From positions 1 through 35,957 of the forward strand of contig FLMG01001713.1 of NCBI GenBank assembly GCA_900088475.1: a DNA stretch of 35,957 nt, given 5' to 3'. The DNA comes from Hyphochytrium catenoides (lineage: Eukaryota; Protista; Hyphochytriomycota). Shown here in pieces: positions 34,783-35,957 of the stretch. The stretch's first letter is position 1; each line of letters opens with the position of its first letter. The notes under the pieces were generated by a model. It did no database searches. It was given only the letters and a program-made list of their open reading frames with translations, and had not been told where the DNA came from. Position numbers and translations under genes: made by a program.

Positions 34783-35957
34783 CTAGCAGTAAACCCAGAA
34801 ATACGGGTCGAAGCCTGCTCGTTTCGCTGCATTGCAAACGTTAACCAAACCGGCACCGAAGGTGCTATCCCATCCTGCCACTCCTAGATCGGAAGCAGTG
34901 CTGAGTAAGGCATTTCGAACCTGTGCACTCGTCAGCAAGGGGTTATAACTCCACACCACAGCTGCGCTTGCGGAGATAAGCGGAGCAGCTATTCCTGCAC
35001 CCGACACTGTAGCGTACCAATGATAAGGCGTGGTAGTATAGAGCCCTACGCCTGGCGCTGCAATGTCAATCTGGTCATTTCTAGGGGAGAATGATGCAGC
35101 TTGGTTGAACCAGTCAACAGCAGCTACCGAGATGACGCTGGAATAGCTTGCCGGATACCAAACAGAGGTCCCATCAGCATTTGAGCCTGCAGGGGCCACT
35201 ATCAAGACGTTCTTGTTGGTATACAGATCTCTGAAGTACCAATCTTCAAACGCACTGTAGGTCCTGCTGACCGCGTTATAGTTGATTACCAGCCTTGCGT
35301 TCTTCGCTACGGCAGCCTGTCGGCACGTCTCTGCCGCTCTAATGAGGTCCGATCCGAAGCTCCATTGGCAGTTGCCAGATTGGTAGACGTTGACGTGATA
35401 CAAGAATACGCCTTTCGCAACGCCGAAGCCGCCGCCTGCTGCAGCCACTCCAGTGACCTGTGTGCCCGATCCACAACTGTCAGTTGCCCAGTTATTGGAG
35501 CCGCTGAAGTACTGCTGTGTATCCCAGAATTGCATATGATCCTTCTGTACGCCGGAGTCTATCAAGCATACCAGGATTCTGTCTCTATTGACCGCTTTAA
35601 GGGAAACCTTGTCTGCCTTTATTTTGCTAATGTACCAACTCTGTAAGAAGAGGGATAGTTCGCGTCGAAGATGGCGGTTGGTTGGAGCCGCATCAGTCGC
35701 TGGGGTTGTCTCCGTTGAAGGTCCGCTTGGGGGTTGCTCTGTAGGAATATCAGCAGGAGAAGTCGCGTTGTAGCTCATGGTGAGTTGTTCATAGAGGTTG
35801 TCAGTGTGAACTGTAGCCGCGTCCTCAAGCTCTTGAAGAAACGCTTTGTCGTTCTTCTTGATCTTCAAGGCCTTCACTCCAAGGTCGGGGAAGTCGTGGA
35901 CCTGGTCGAACTTGTCGTTGTGCTTATCCTTCATCTTACCAAACTTTTTGCTGTCCT
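34783..35957 (-). CDS. Subtilisin-like (S8) protein 3, predicted inactive; 5' end lies beyond the window edge
   Basis: The frame stays open to the edge (DSKKFGKMKDKH...) and aligns with the prodomain of protein 2. Domain motifs are [53 protein letters not shown] and FGAGLVNVC. Confidence 0.9.
   Translation of the reverse strand, partial: DSKKFGKMKDKHNDKFDQVHDFPDLGVKALKIKKNDKAFLQELEDAATVHTDNLYEQLTMSYNATSPADIPTEQPPSGPSTETTPATDAAPTNRHLRRELSLFLQSWYISKIKADKVSLKAVNRDRILVCLIDSGVQKDHMQFWDTQQYFSGSNNWATDSCGSGTQVTGVAAAGGGFGVAKGVFLYHVNVYQSGNCQWSFGSDLIRAAETCRQAAVAKNARLVINYNAVSRTYSAFEDWYFRDLYTNKNVLIVAPAGSNADGTSVWYPASYSSVISVAAVDWFNQAASFSPRNDQIDIAAPGVGLYTTTPYHWYATVSGAGIAAPLISASAAVVWSYNPLLTSAQVRNALLSTASDLGVAGWDSTFGAGLVNVCNAAKRAGFDPYFWVYC

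Noticed and set aside
1-35957. tRNA, rRNA, CRISPR arrays, intact transposase, RT or TnpB/Fanzor ORFs
   Set aside because: None were recognisable by eye. The 24-nt repeat has no spacers, and no unexplained long ORF remains.

Overview
Eukaryotic nuclear DNA, with GT-AG introns, CTRAC-type branch sites, long (CT/GA)n tracts and scaffold N-gaps. The gene set is most consistent with a stramenopile or oomycete-like protist (inference). The left part (1-22.4 kb) is gene-dense and microsatellite-rich. It holds three divergent paralogs of an uncharacterised ~170-190 aa four-TM protein and a 12-exon fungal SCT1/GPT2-type glycerol-3-phosphate acyltransferase. It also holds a secreted, probably GPI-anchored purple-acid-phosphatase-like gene broken by two opposing 1-nt frameshifts, a single-exon type I membrane protein (8-Cys head, Pro/Ser/Thr stalk) and proteasome subunit beta-1. 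The right part (23-36 kb) is gene-sparse and almost free of microsatellites. It carries a head-to-tail array of three intronless subtilisin (S8)-fold genes separated by decayed sequence. The most notable observation is that all three have open catalytic-domain reading frames but have lost the catalytic His and the oxyanion Asn, and two have also lost the catalytic Ser. They share six Cys, a remodelled substrate-binding strand and a basic R-x-L motif before the mature domain. This points to an apparently maintained family of secreted pseudoproteases. Gene models were spliced by hand and no database searches were run.
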